From Malacoraja senta (Eukaryota), in assembly GCA_038087875.1 (NCBI GenBank), contig CM075988.1, forward strand, positions 8,930,001 to 8,994,000: DNA of 64,000 bases, read 5' to 3'. Of this stretch, positions 13,022 to 25,620 are shown piece by piece. Numbering within the stretch: position 1 is the first letter of the stretch; each line of letters begins with the position of its first letter. The notes beneath the pieces are model-generated. The model saw nothing but the letters and a program-made list of their open reading frames with translations. It searched no databases and was not told the origin of the DNA. A program made the translations under genes and the position numbers.

Positions 13022-13850
13022 TGTTGATTACGGATCTAATACTCTCTCCCTAGTCTGGTTCAGTAAAACTACTGAGTCGAACACTGGAGTCCAAACCCTT
13101 CTTTATTTATATACAGCACCACTGGCTGGCCTCGGATCTACTCACTCGAGCCCTCAGCAGCCTCGCATAAACAGAACAGAAGGAAAGACAACCAACACGC
13201 CTCAACGAATTACCCACCCTTTTATACCGCTATACAGTGGCGGGAAAGTTAACGGTGCAAAAGTACAGAGGGGAGGCAACACCTACAAATCAATCACGGC
13301 ACCTATTCGGTACACAGAATACAAAGTAAATACATATAAGGTGAGGTAACCTCTCTTAGACCAATCACAAATGCCGGCGAAACAAAGTAGAAATATAAAG
13401 CTTCCCCAACAAATCACAAAAATGCATTAAGCGTCAGTGTACTGAAACACAACAAAAAACACTTTAGGAACCCAGACTTGGTGGCGACAGGTGGGTCACA
13501 CGGGCAGAAGCTTCACGGGGCTTCTTCATAGGTCTTCAGAGGTCCAGACTTACTGGAGCCAACTAGTTCACATGGGTCTCCAGCAATGTCTTGTCACTAT
13601 CAGTGAAGCCCAGTTTTTCACAGAGACCTGCCATTTCCAAAGTACCCAAATCCCTGCATATTAACAATTGCACACAGAAAACCTTTGCTGTCCAATCTGC
13701 TCATGACTCTATCATTGGCTCACACTCAAAACAATTACTAACACACAATGAAGTATGCTAACTTGTGGAAAACCATGGCTTCATTGGACAGGCACAGAAA
13801 CAAACAGAAACCAATCACCGTATAACATAGAACTCTCAGAGACAATAACA
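13022..13850 (-). mobile_element. Probable solo LTR
   Basis: TGTT...AACA termini; minus-strand TATAAAA (13220-13226) upstream of AATAAA (13102-13107); no clear TSD. Confidence 0.5.
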
Positions 13851-14260
13851 TCTAGCATGTAGTCCATCATATTGTGCGTAATATGGAGAAGACCATTCCT
13901 CTGCCTGACATACATGGCATACATCACTTGCCTATGTTTAATCATCTTCCCAATAAAGTTTAAGATTTTAGTTTACCAGTACCTTTCCATTCCTAAGTAT
14001 CGCACCAATGACTTTAAAGTCATCTCTATGATGTCTACTTTACACACACTATCATGATTTTTGTCATCACATAATATAATCAAAACGCTCTGGTTTAAAA
14101 ACCTTTATTCTCATTTTCAAATCCATTATATTCCTATTTTTCTTATCTTTGTAATCTCTTCAAACCAGTGACTTTGCTAATTTTAAGTTCTGGCATCTCG
14201 CATGTTGCTGATTGTTACAACTTGTATTTGGAGGCCATATGCATGGTTGCCTTAGCCCTT

Positions 14261-14526
14261 TGTTAAAGTCCGATTCGCTTCAAACAGATAACAACACAAA
14301 AGTCAGTAATACAGTAACGTCTTTATTTTGCCAGGCGGGTGTGGGAGGACAGGCTCTGAGTATGACAATAGCTCCTCATGTTCCACACAAAGATGTAATG
14401 TTCATTCACATGTACTTATATCCCAATAATCATATGTTTATATTATCCCATGATATTCTTCCGATTTAAATCGGAATTCGGATTTTGTTTTCCTGGAAAT
14501 GAATCAGATTTTCCTCCTCGACTACA
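14261..14526 (-). mobile_element. LTR related to the 16957 LTR (shared R/U5, different U3)
   Basis: 14261-14432 aligns with 16957-17139; TG...CA ends; flanks gccctt / cccctt. Confidence 0.7.
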
Positions 14527-14699
14527 CCCCTTGATTCAATTAAACCTCGCCTCAACTAAACCTCACACCTCACTACGAAACCTCGCCTCGACTAAACTTC
14601 ACCTCACACTTAAACCTCAACTCACCAAACCTCGCCTTGACTAAACCTCCCACCTCACGACTAAACTCTGCCTCACACCTAATCCTGCCTCGACTAATC

Positions 14700-14935
14700 G
14701 GCGCCTCTCTCCCGATCCCGCAGGGGGGGATGCGACCGCCGTGGGCCGGGCGGGGCTCGACGTCAACGCCAGTGCGAGTGCACCCCTCCCCTCCCACCGG
14801 CTCTCTCGGGCAGTGCGCCTGCCCCGCTCTCCGTGCTCAGTCCCGCCCCCCTGATTGGAGCCGCTCCTCTCACGTGAGGTGCCACCAACGGCTGGAGAGT
14901 GGTGCTATAAATAGCGGGAGCAGGTGAGAGGTGGT
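14700..14935 (+). promoter_or_regulatory. Compact CpG-rich Pol II promoter-like module in the loop of an inverted repeat
   Basis: GC boxes (14748-14755, 14841-14850), CRE-like gacgtca (14759-14765), reverse CCAAT (14851-14860), E-box cacgtg (14871-14876), TATAAATA (14906-14913). Confidence 0.5.
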
Positions 14936-15419
14936 GATTAGTCGAGGCGCAGATTAGGTGTGAGGTGGAGTTTGGTCGTGAGGTGGGAGGTTTAGTTAAG
15001 TTTAGGTGAGATGGAGTGAGGTGGGGTTAAGATGTGAGGTGTGAGGTGAAGTTTAGTGAGGTGTGAGCTTTATTTGAGGGGCGAGGTTTAGTGAGGTACA
15101 GTTTAGTCGAGGATAGGTTTAGGTATGAGGAGGTTTGGTAGTGACATGTCGTCGAGGCGAGGGGTTTGGTGAGGCGAGGAGATTAGTCGAGGTATAGGTG
15201 TGTAGGTGAGGAGAAGTGAGGGTAGGTGAGGTGAGGAGGTGGGTATCTGAGCTCAGGAACGGAGACCGAGGTGCTGCTGAAGGAGATGAGACCACTGCCT
15301 TCTATGGCAGAGAATTCCACAAATTTACAACTCTCTGGGTGAAAAAGTTTTTTCTCAACTCAGTGCTAGGCAAAGAGACATTTCAGGTAACATTTTTTGT
15401 AAAGAATTTTTAGCTGTAT

Positions 15420-15755
15420 GAAGTCATTTATTGAAACATATAAGATTATTAAGGGATTGGACACGTTGGAGGCAGGAAACATGTTCCCAATGCTGGGGGA
15501 GTCCAGAAACAGGGGTCATAGTTTAAGAATAAGGGGTAGGCCCAGAGAGTTGAGAATCTGTGGAATTCTTTGCCTCACAAGGCAGTGGAGGCCAATTCTT
15601 TGGAGGTTTTCAAGAGAGAGATAGCTAGAGCTCTTAAAGATAGCGGAGTCAAGGGATATGGGGAGAAGGCAGGAATGGGGTACTGCAGGGTGAATAGTGG
15701 TGCTGGCTCGAAGGGCCGAATTGCATACTCCTGCACCTATTGTCTATTGTCTATT
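15420..15755 (+). mobile_element. CR1/HER1 LINE 3' end
   Basis: IETYKIIKGLDTLEAGNMFPMLGESRNRGHSLRIRG plus the 3' UTR and short-repeat tail. Confidence 0.85.
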
Positions 15756-16179
15756 TCATGAAATACAGATCTTTGGGGGTTATTTTACTGGTTATGTGTT
15801 TGAAAAATTCTAAGTTTCTGTTATGCAAACTACCAGCAATAGGATCCACCCGGGTGGGTGTCAATGCTCGTTCTGTAGTACTGACCAATATACCAAAATT
15901 TTACTTGCGTAAAAAGAGGTGATTGGTCCGATTCCCTGTAAGTCAGGATCCTGGGCGCTGTGATTGGACGGTGATCTAGATTGTGATTGGTCAGACTCTC
16001 TGTCAGTCAGCAACGCACTTCTGTGCTTCAGATGCTGTTCAGGGTCTTGCCGTTGACTGTAGACTTTCCCCTTACATTCGACCTGCCAAAGTGCAACACA
16101 TCACACTTGCCCTGTTCCTCACAAACTCTCCCCGTGACCTCTCCCTCTCTCCCCATCAGGGAGAGGAGCCCTGTGCCAA

Positions 16180-17548
16180 AAGTTATTTAAAGTTCGCTGA
16201 TAATTTGCACAGCGGGCAGACTCTTATCACCGGCAAACCAGGTCTCAAAGCGTTCATCCGAATCATTTTCTATCTCTCCTCATGGAGAGCTATCGCCATT
16301 GCTACTGCCCCCTGAACTACCTTCCATTTGGGTAGAATGAAACCCCAGCAATGAAAGGCATTTAGTAGGTCATCGGTGTCTTCAGCATTCTCCGTATCTC
16401 CGTCAGCACTTCTTTATCACCGCTGAGCCTTGGGGAAGCCTTAGTTGTTTCAAGATTGTTTTAACCTGTGCAGACTGTTAGTTAAAATTCTCGTCTCCAG
16501 CATAAGTGCGATATGCTGTCGTAATTCTTTCCCAGAAATCACCGCTGATTCCCTGGGTGTAAGGGTCTGCATTCAATGACTTTGCCCATATCAATAGGTT
16601 GTTTCGGGCATTGAGTCAGGGCAGGGTCATCAGGGTAAAGTGCCTCGAACGGCATCATGCTGTTTTCCCTTTTCAGTCTTCTTTGATTTATATCCTGTCC
16701 CTCTGGTGCTCTGCGTTGTTTAACTCTATCACTGCTGGATTAAATTACTGCTCTTCCTTCCTCTTCTGCCTAACCCTTTCCCTTCTTCTTTCTCATCTTC
16801 CTTTTCAGTTTCCGAGTTGTTATCAGTATCATCTTCTTCTGGGGGTGCTCTTTCCTGGAGGTGCCACTTTCTACTCCCTTCAAGGCCCCGGCCAAACCGT
16901 AGCCTCTTACTCAGTCTTCAGAGATAGTTTCCTGCAAATCCTGCCGACTACGCCAATGTTAAAGTCCGATTCGCTTCAAACAGATAGCAACACAAAAGTT
17001 AGTAACACAGTAGCGTCTTTATTTCACCAGGTGGATGTGGGAGGACAGGGTCCGAGTATGACAATACAGACTACAAAGCTCCTCGTGTTCCACACTAGGA
17101 TGTAATGTTCAATCACATGTACTTATACCCCAATAATCAGCATATCAGCAATTCTTTGTCTTACAGAGAATTGTACAGCCTTTTGCCTTGTCTATATAGG
17201 GTAATATCAAAGAATGGCAGTTTCTTCCGATAGAGGAAAGGTTGTGCCCATATATGGTTTTGCTTGAAAAAGCTATTTCTTATTTTTGCAGATACAAGCG
17301 GCCTTGTTTTTTGACCTTGTTGATTCACGTCTGTACATTACAATCTCTAGAGTAAAGAGTAAAGACCAAGTGTTCTGAACATCTTTCTGAATGTTTATAT
17401 CAGAAGGGTAAAACATCTAGTGTTTTTATATTGTAATCTTGCTAGTGTTTATATTATAGGACAAGACATCTGGTATGTTTGTACTTTAATCTTGCTGAGT
17501 GTTGAGAGGAAAGGTTAAGCATTCATTTTGTATACTTCCAAATCTACA
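16180..17548 (-). mobile_element. Endogenous retrovirus 5' remnant: LTR, PBS(tRNA-Ser), degenerate gag
   Basis: LTR 16957 to about 17548 (right end tentative) with minus-strand TATA and AATAAA; PBS TGGCGTAGTCGGCAGGAT at 16938-16955; frameshifted DMGKVIECRP...DFWERITTAYRTY at about 16497-16600. Confidence 0.75.
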
Positions 17549-17645
17549 GCAGAATCAATTTTGTAACCTATTTCATTGAACTCTTTCACTTTGGAAGTTG
17601 TCTCGAAAGTAATTGGCTTCTTACTTCCTTTCAGATACTCTGAAA

Positions 17646-18040
17646 AATCATAAGATCATAAGTGATAGGAGCAGAATTAGGACATTTGTCCCATCAAGTC
17701 TACTCCGCCATTATTACATCAGGGTGATCTATCTCTCCCTCCTAACCCCATTCTCCTGCCTTCTCCCCATAACCTCTGACACCCATACTAATCAAGAATC
17801 TATCTATCTCTGCCTTAAATATATCCATTGACTATACCTCCACAGCCTCTGTGGCAATGAATTCCACAGACTCACCACCCTCTGACTAAAGAAATTCCTC
17901 ATCTCCTTCTCAAAAGAATGTCTTTTAATTTTGAGGCTCTGACCTCTAGTCCTAGACTCTCCCACAAGTGGAAACATCCTTTCTATATCCACTTTATCCA
18001 AGCCTTTCACTATTCTGTACATTTCAGTGAGGTCCCCCTA
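17646..18040 (-). mobile_element. CR1/HER1 LINE 3' fragment
   Basis: ORF 17804-18022 YRIVKGLDKVDIERMFPLVGESRTRG...FFSQRVVSLWNSLPQ. Confidence 0.85.
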
Positions 18041-18197
18041 TCAAATCCAACCCCTTTCACCACTGGGTCTGATATCCCTTGCGGTGGCTTAGAAGCAAAA
18101 TGTTTATTATGACTACTCGTGAGCTGTTATACTATATTGCTGATCGATTTATGAAAGTCGTGGTTACTATTTAATTACTATATTTTAATTTTTACAG

Positions 18198-18296
18198 GAC
18201 CTGGCAGAGCCTTTGGAGGGACTGCAAAAAATATGCATAAAGAAGCCAGCCCATTTCACATCAATTTCTCAAGACACTATTTCTATGATGCTACAG
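18198..18296 (+). CDS. SPA17: Probable additional SPA17 coding exon
   Basis: tttttacag acceptor, CAG/gtaaag donor; 99 nt, phase 0-0, open: DLAEPLEGLQKICIKKPAHFTSISQDTISMMLQ; no recognisable homology. Confidence 0.55.
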
Positions 18297-19734
18297 GTAA
18301 AGCACAAAGTTTACACAGCAGGAAGAACATCTATAGCAGCAAAACAACTTAAAAATGTGTGGTGGACTTGACCATTAGCATGGGGGCAATCATTTATATA
18401 CAAATCTACATCAGCGATGTCCTTAACTGGGCTATTACTGAGCGGAGACTGTAGTGCAACTCTTTATCAATGAGGTACTGCACTGGTGGAGTCCATTGAA
18501 TACAACAGGGCAAAGCAAACTTCCATAAGCTCTCAGGCTGATATCTCTGCTATTGAACCTCTGTCTATTTAACCTGGTTATAACAGAATTGGAGGAATCA
18601 GCAACTGGGTGAAAGTTGTGTATTTACTCTTTGATTTATTTGTTTAAATACGTGTGTGTGTGTGTGAGTGTGTGTGTGCGTGCGTGCGTGCGTGCGTGTG
18701 TTATAAAGGGTTTAATAATTTAGACTTTTTTTTTAGCATTTCCATTATTTTTTTAACAACTCCTCAATGACACTGAACGTTTGTAAATGTTAAAGGTTGA
18801 TATCAGTGATAGTGTTGTCAACATGGAGCTTGGAGGTAGGACCTCACCTGCAGTCAACGATGCTCGGTTATGCTAACATGGCCAGCCAATTGCACTGTTA
18901 AAGGACATGGGCTGCCGTGTGCCATTTGTTAAGAGCAGGAACCAAAGAGAAATAAGGGGAGTTGGGAAACCAAGTACATAAATCCATTGAAGGGTTTTTG
19001 ACTGAAACATTGACTAGTTTTTCTTTTCACATATGCTGCATGATTGGCAGAGTTCTTCAGCATTTCAGTTTTTGTTATCTAAGTCATCTTCTCGTAGACG
19101 GGTAGTAAAAACAATCATAAAGCTAAAATAATGTTGACTTTTATCTCACAAAGAATAAAAGGGAAGATGTGCTTCAGTTATGCAGAGTCTCTATTGAGCC
19201 CTAGCCAGAATGATATTTTAAGTTTTAGTCGCAGCACCTCAGACCTTCGAAGTGGCTAAAGAGGCAAGGGGAGTTGAAGTGCAGACCATAATCTAACTGA
19301 ATGGTGGAGTGCACTATCTTTTTTTCTCTTTACTGTCTCGCAGAACTTGTGTAATTTATGTTTTTGTGTGTTTGGCTGAGTTCATGTGCTTGTGATGCTG
19401 TTGCAGGCAAGATTTTCAGTGTACCTGTACCTCACTGTACTTGCGTATATGACAATAAATTAAACCTGATTTGAGTTGGCATGAGCAGGAGAAAGGGAAC
19501 TTCCTTTTCCTGTGCTAACAAACAAAATGTTTGGGGTAATTTTCGTGATCAAATGAGTGAGATGAATTATGAATTATTTATTAAGAACTGATTTATAATA
19601 TTATTTCATATTATAAACAAGCAATTTCTTTTCCCCAAAAAGTTTTATAGGAGTAAGTTGAGACACAAAAAAACAATTCTGGATGAGTGTCATTTTGTTG
19701 ATTAAGAGGTGGAGTTAATCTGAAGATTAGGAAA

Positions 19735-20927
19735 ATTGGGTCCCGTCCCCTCAACGCACGGTTGCGCGGGTGGGGGGGGGGGGGGGCGGCCTGTGCGTCA
19801 CACACACACTAACCCTCCCCTTGATGTTATAATAATATTATTAATTTTCTCCTTTTCCCCCATTCCCCACCCTATCCACTCACACATAACCCCCAACTGC
19901 ACAGNNNNNNNNNNNNNNNNNNNNNNNNNNNNNNNNNNNNNNNNNNNNNNNNNNNNNNNNNNNNNNNNNNNNNNNNNNNNNNNNNNNNNNNNNNNNNNNN
20001 NNNNNNNNNNNNNNNNNNNNNNNNNNNNNNNNNNNNNNNNNNNNNNNNNNNNNNNNNNNNNNNNNNNNNNNNNNNNNNNNNNNNNNNNNNNNNNNNNNNN
20101 NNNNGAGACTTGCTAAGGTAAGCGCACACACCAGCGTGACAGAGCCGGGCCGGGCCGGGGGGGGGGGGGAACAGACGATCGGGCCTCCCCGGAGAGGAGG
20201 TCGTCCCCTGTGACGGGTAGAGAGGAGAGAGGGAGGGAGGGGAGGGGAGGAGTTGAGAAGAGGAGGGGGCGGGGGTGGAGGGAAGCCGGGCGCGTGAGCG
20301 GGCTGCGAAATGCGGAGAGACAGAAGCGGCTTCTGACTCTCTGGAAACCCACCGCTGGTATGAGCGCGCAGGTAGGGGAGGGGTGGGGCTTCACGAGCTG
20401 CACAGGCAGCGCGGAGAACTTTCAGGGCATGAGGCGCTGCTGACCCCGAGATCTGCAGAACAAAGATCCTATAGCTGAGCTGTAGGATCTTTGTTCTGCA
20501 GAACTTTCTCGATCTTTCTGCGACTTTTGAAGAACTGGGGGGTGGGGGGGGGGGGGGGCGAACGTACCTCGTGGAAAACTGTGCATGCGCGTTGACAGCA
20601 GCTGCATTAATCCACAGCGGCGGGGGATGGGGCCAGTGGGGCAGGTGGGCCTCTATTGGTGGGCGTGGGCATTGTGACGTCAGCAGCTGGCAAGCTGCGA
20701 TTAATTTTTTTAAGTGAGTTTTGTGAACAACTTTATTCAAAATCTGGGGAAATAATTGAGCAAATTTAGAGAGGAGAGGATTTTTTGAAATCATAAGTTA
20801 AATCCCTACCGAAATATGTAAAAATCTCCGCGTTTTGCATCTGGTTTTCGAGGAGATACGTTTCCAAGGCAAAATGATAGATGCCCACACACACACACAC
20901 ACACACACACAGAGTTTTAAAAGTATA
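19735..20927 (-). mobile_element. Non-autonomous Helitron copy (contains the assembly gap)
   Basis: Strong visible similarity to 27218-28692 on both sides of the gap. Confidence 0.7.
19905..20104. other. Assembly gap (200 N)
   Basis: Run of N. Confidence 1.
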
Positions 20928-21935
20928 CTAGACCAAGTGCAGACCCGTTGGGTCTGTACACCCAACATATGGTTGCGGGGGAGGGGGGGCGGCATGCGGC
21001 ATCACATACACTAACTACCCCCCCGCACACAGGCTAACTACCCCCCTTGATATTATATTAATATTAATTTGCTCCTTTTACCCCATAACCGCCCTATCCA
21101 CTGACGCATAGCCCCCAACTAGCAAGCGCATCTAGAGAGGGAGGGGGGGGGGGGTAGACAGTGATGGCAGAGAGTGAATGGGGAGAGACAGAGAGAAAGG
21201 TGAAGAGACAGAAGGGCAAGAGACAGAGGGAGAGAGGGATGGAGAAGAGGAGGAGAGGGAGGGTGGGTGAGTGGGGGTTGAGAGTTGAGAGATGGGAGAG
21301 GAGAGAGAGGGAGAGGGGGGTAAGAGAAAGAGGGGGGGAGAGAGAAGGGGGGTGTGAGGGGGAGAGAGAGAGATGGGGAGAGGGAGAGATTGGGGAGAGA
21401 GAGAGGGGGAGAGACAGTGAGAGCGAAATGCAACCGTGCGTTCAGAATGTTCTGGAAATGAAGCGTGCGCGTCTCATGCACGAAAGCTGTCGGCAGCTCT
21501 ATGGAATGCAGAGGAGGAGCCTGCCGCGTCACACACATACTAACCACCCACCCTCTCCACACACACACACACACACAGCGGGTCCGATCTAAGATGTCAA
21601 TGAAGACAGCAAATTTTTTTTTTTTTAACTGTCTTTGAAATTAAAAGTTAATGTTAAGAATTAGTGATGTTAAGTGAGAAATAATTCAATTCAATTCAAT
21701 GAAAAACAATGGAATCAACAACCTGGCAGGCTGGGGGGGTGGGCGGGCGGGGCCAGGAGGCAGGTGGAGGGGCGGGGCCAGGAGGCAGGTGGGGGGGCGG
21801 GGCGGTACGGGCGGGGCCAGGATGCAGTTGGGCCAGGTGCAAAGTCATTGTGAGGTCAGCAGCAGGGCAACCTTAATATTAAAAAAAAATGTCACTTTAG
21901 TTATAAATTTTAGTAAATATCTCGGGAAATATCTC
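20928..21935 (-). mobile_element. Non-autonomous Helitron, 3' part
   Basis: CTAG 20928-20931 with perfect hairpin agaccc-gtt-gggtct at 20941-20955. Confidence 0.75.
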
Positions 21936-22727
21936 TAGGGAGAGGGTTGGGGAGGGAGAGGGGTGGGGGAAGGGGGGTAGAAGTGGAAGAGTGGGGAGGG
22001 AGGGGGAGAGGGGTAGGGGGAGTGGTGGAAGAGGGAGAGGGGGGTAGGGGGATGGGAGGTGGGGGAGAGAGGGAAGGGGGTGAGGGAGAGAGGGGTGGGG
22101 ATGGGGGGGAGAGGGATGGGGGGAGAGTGGTGGGGGGTGGGGGTGAGAGAGAGGGTGGGAGGAGGAGGGGGAGGAGAGGGGTGAGGAGAGGGAGATGGAG
22201 AGGGGTGAGGAGAGAAAGATGGAGAGGGGGAGTAGAGAGGGGTGGGGGAGGGGTGAGAGAGGGATGTGTGTGGGGGAGTCCATCTATTCCCCACTCCCTA
22301 TCACCCCCCCACTCCTCTATTCCCACAATCTCCCTCCTCACCTCCCCCATTCCCCACTCTCCCTCCCTACTCCCTCCTCTCCCTCAAACCTCCCACTCCC
22401 CCTCTTCACCTCCCCAGGATCTTGCCTGTCCCCGGTGACCTCCGGAACTGCAGAACTTGCTCGTTCACAGAGATGGACACAGAACAGGAACGCAGATGGA
22501 CAGCGGGAGGAAGAAGGAGTCAGAGAGCCAAATGCCAGCGCGCGTCGGGGCTGGGGGGGGGGTGTTGACGTAACTTGTCCACTCGCCGCCCGCATCCGTC
22601 GCAAGAGGCGCCGCGCGCGGGAGAGCTGACAGCAGCCGCTACGGCCAGACACGTTCGGATCTCGGGTGAGCATACAGTGTAAATGCAGCAGCAGCTTGAC
22701 TGCTTTAAATTAATGGTTCACGGGACA

Positions 22728-25620
22728 GACTTCCGGTGGCACTATGGAGTAGGAGAGACTCGTGCCGACTAGCTCCGTGAAAAACCCGCTGAAAACGGGG
22801 GAAAAAGACGGGACCTACCTGCAGTAAACGACACCGGCAGCATGTCGATTCAACATACCCCCTCCAAGGCGAGAAAAACAGGCAAAGGAAAAGAGGTAGG
22901 CCCAACTGAAGCCTCAGCCTCAGTTTTAACAGCATCCCAAGAAGATATCTCAAAGAAGAAAAAGACAGATGTGGAAGAATTAAAAATCTTCATTACACAG
23001 GAAATCTCTAATATAATGAAAGAAATTAAAAATCTTAACAAGGATCTGATTTCTTTTAAAGAGGAAATTAAAGAACAAATTAAAGAAGAAGTTACAGCTT
23101 CTATACATGAAGTTCTGGAAGATTGGAAGTTAGACATGGAAGAAAATTGAAACAAAATATTGAAGAAGTAAATGATAAACTGAATTCGATGGAATCTAAA
23201 TTTGATTCTAATTTGGAGCCTATCCTCCAGACATTAAATCAACACCAACAGGTTGTGACGGAATTAGAGGAAATTGCTGGACGAGCACCGAAACTACAAA
23301 TAAACTTATTGCCGAGAATAAACGCCTATCAAAGTTATTACATCAAACAACCGAAAAATGTATTGACTTGGAGGGACGACAGAGACGCCAGAATTTAAGA
23401 ATCGTGGGCATCAAGGAAGGCAGAGAGGGGAATCGTGACCCCCGTGAATTTGCTGCAGATCTACTGAAAAAAGTCTTGAATTTGGATCAAGCACCACTAC
23501 TTGCCCGAGCGCACAGAGTATCGAGACGTCGCCCAAGGGAGGGCGCCCACCCTAGACAACTGATAGTGAAGGTGCAATATGACCATGTTTTGGATAATAT
23601 GATGAAGATAATTGTTCAAAGCAGAAACCTCGTATTTGAAGGAGACAAGATCAGTATATTTAGAGATTATCCTGTGGAAGTCGCCAAGAAGAGAGCGCTG
23701 TTTACAGAAACAAGAAGAATACTTAAGAATATAAACAATTTGAGATATGGACTGTTATACCCTGCAACATTAAGAGTAACCTACGAGCGGAAGGAACATT
23801 TCTTCATCAAGCACACAGAAGCACTTGAATTCGCCCAGAGCATCGTGAATAAGTCCGAAGATTGAATAATACCCTACACCCAACATTCACCTGAAGATAT
23901 CGGACATTGTTACCCTGCAGAGAAGAAATGGAACTTTAAACTATTATACTTAAGAACTGTCCAAAATCTGCAATAAGAATTGGGCAATTAGATTACTACT
24001 GATATATAATATTTACATTTTAGTACTAATTTCTAACATCTATTACTAATTATGAATACTAATCAATACTAATTATTGTTAACTGGATCAACTCTGAATT
24101 AATTAATAGTATGAAATATAAGTATAGTGTGATTCAGGTAATTTATTAATAAAAATTTAGGAAGTTTTTCTTTGATATTTGTGATTTTACTCTTTAACAA
24201 TGTTTTTAAAAAAAATTTGCAACTAACATTTCAATTGGAGACTAATAATTATTTCAATTATGGAATATAACTATTGTTTCCCTCCCCCCCATAAATTGTT
24301 TTCATTGTAATTGAAACTTTCCTTTTAAGGAAAGTACGGAGCTAGTAATATTTTTTTTTAACCAAAATCTACGGAAGTCCTTAGATGCTTAGCCACACTA
24401 GGGTGGCTATCACTAACTGCACTAACCATAGTTGTAGTTTTCTTCTTTTTCTACTCTTTACATGATATTAATGCAACTTCTTTTTATCTTTTTTATCTTA
24501 TGTTATATTATATTTTGTATTTGGAATGGAATTATATATTTTATTTAGGGAGATATGTCTGGATGGAAAACCGACAGGACCTAAAATTCATCTACCTGAT
24601 GTTTGGGTATAAGGTGGCGTTTAGTGTGCTGAGCCATCTGCTCTAACATAGACCACTTTAATCACAAGATGCAAGACGTTAATAAGAAAATTGGGGGTGA
24701 AGGAATTAAATTCTGTAGTTGGAATGTTAAGGGAATTAATAAACCAATCAAGAGAGGTAAAGTATTAGCTCATTTAAAATCACTTAAAGCAGATATAATA
24801 TTTCTCCAGGAAACACATCTTAAAAAGGAAGCACAACATAGATTGAAAGCAAAATGGATTGCTAAAGCGTATCATTCTTCATTTTCGCATAAATCTAGAA
24901 GGGTTGCAATATTAATTTGTAAAGGTATACCCTTTAAACATATATCAACGATAGAAGATATCGAAGGCAGATATATTGTATTAGTAGGGGAGTTATACTA
25001 AAAAAAAGTGACTCTCCTTAATGTATATGGACCAAATTTTGATAGCCCCCTGTTTTTTAAGAGAATACTTAACATTATTCCGGAATGCACACAACATAAC
25101 TTAATTATCGGTGGAGACTTAAATTGTACACTGGATGCTTACTTGGATAGATCATCAACTCAAAGAAAATTAAAATCTCAGTCAAGTGAATTTCTAAATT
25201 CATATATTAATACTACCAACATTAAGGATGTTTGGAGAATTGAAAATCCATCTGGTCGAGAATACTCATTTTAATCACCAGTGCATAAAACTTACTCAAG
25301 GATAGACTACTTCTTAGTAGACTCTAAACTTATCCCATTTACCTATAACTCTCAATATCATAATATTATAATATCAGACCATGCTCCACTAACATTTATG
25401 ATTAAACTAAATGGAATGACCGAGACACAGTCACAATGGAGACTTAACCCCCAAATCTTAAAAGAAAAACTATGTAATGAATATCTCGTAAAACAGATTA
25501 ATATGTTTTTTGAGGCTAATGATAGCCCTGGAATCTCTGCCTCCCTTCTTTGGGAAACATTTAAAGCATTTGTGCGAGGAGCACTAATCTCTTCGCAATC
25601 ATTTCTTAACAAAAATATAT
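22728..25620 (+). mobile_element. L1 LINE 5' half: 5' UTR, frameshifted ORF1, AT-rich spacer, ORF2 endonuclease with stops
   Basis: ORF1 motifs LEGRQRRQNLRIVGIKEG, RAHRV, ISIFRDY, LLYPATLRV; APE motifs SWNVKGIN, FLQETHL, NVYGPN, GGDLN, YSRIDYFL, SDHAPL. Confidence 0.92.

Noticed and set aside
16938..16955. tRNA-Ser gene
   Set aside because: Only the 3' 18 nt including CCA, adjacent to an LTR; this is a primer binding site
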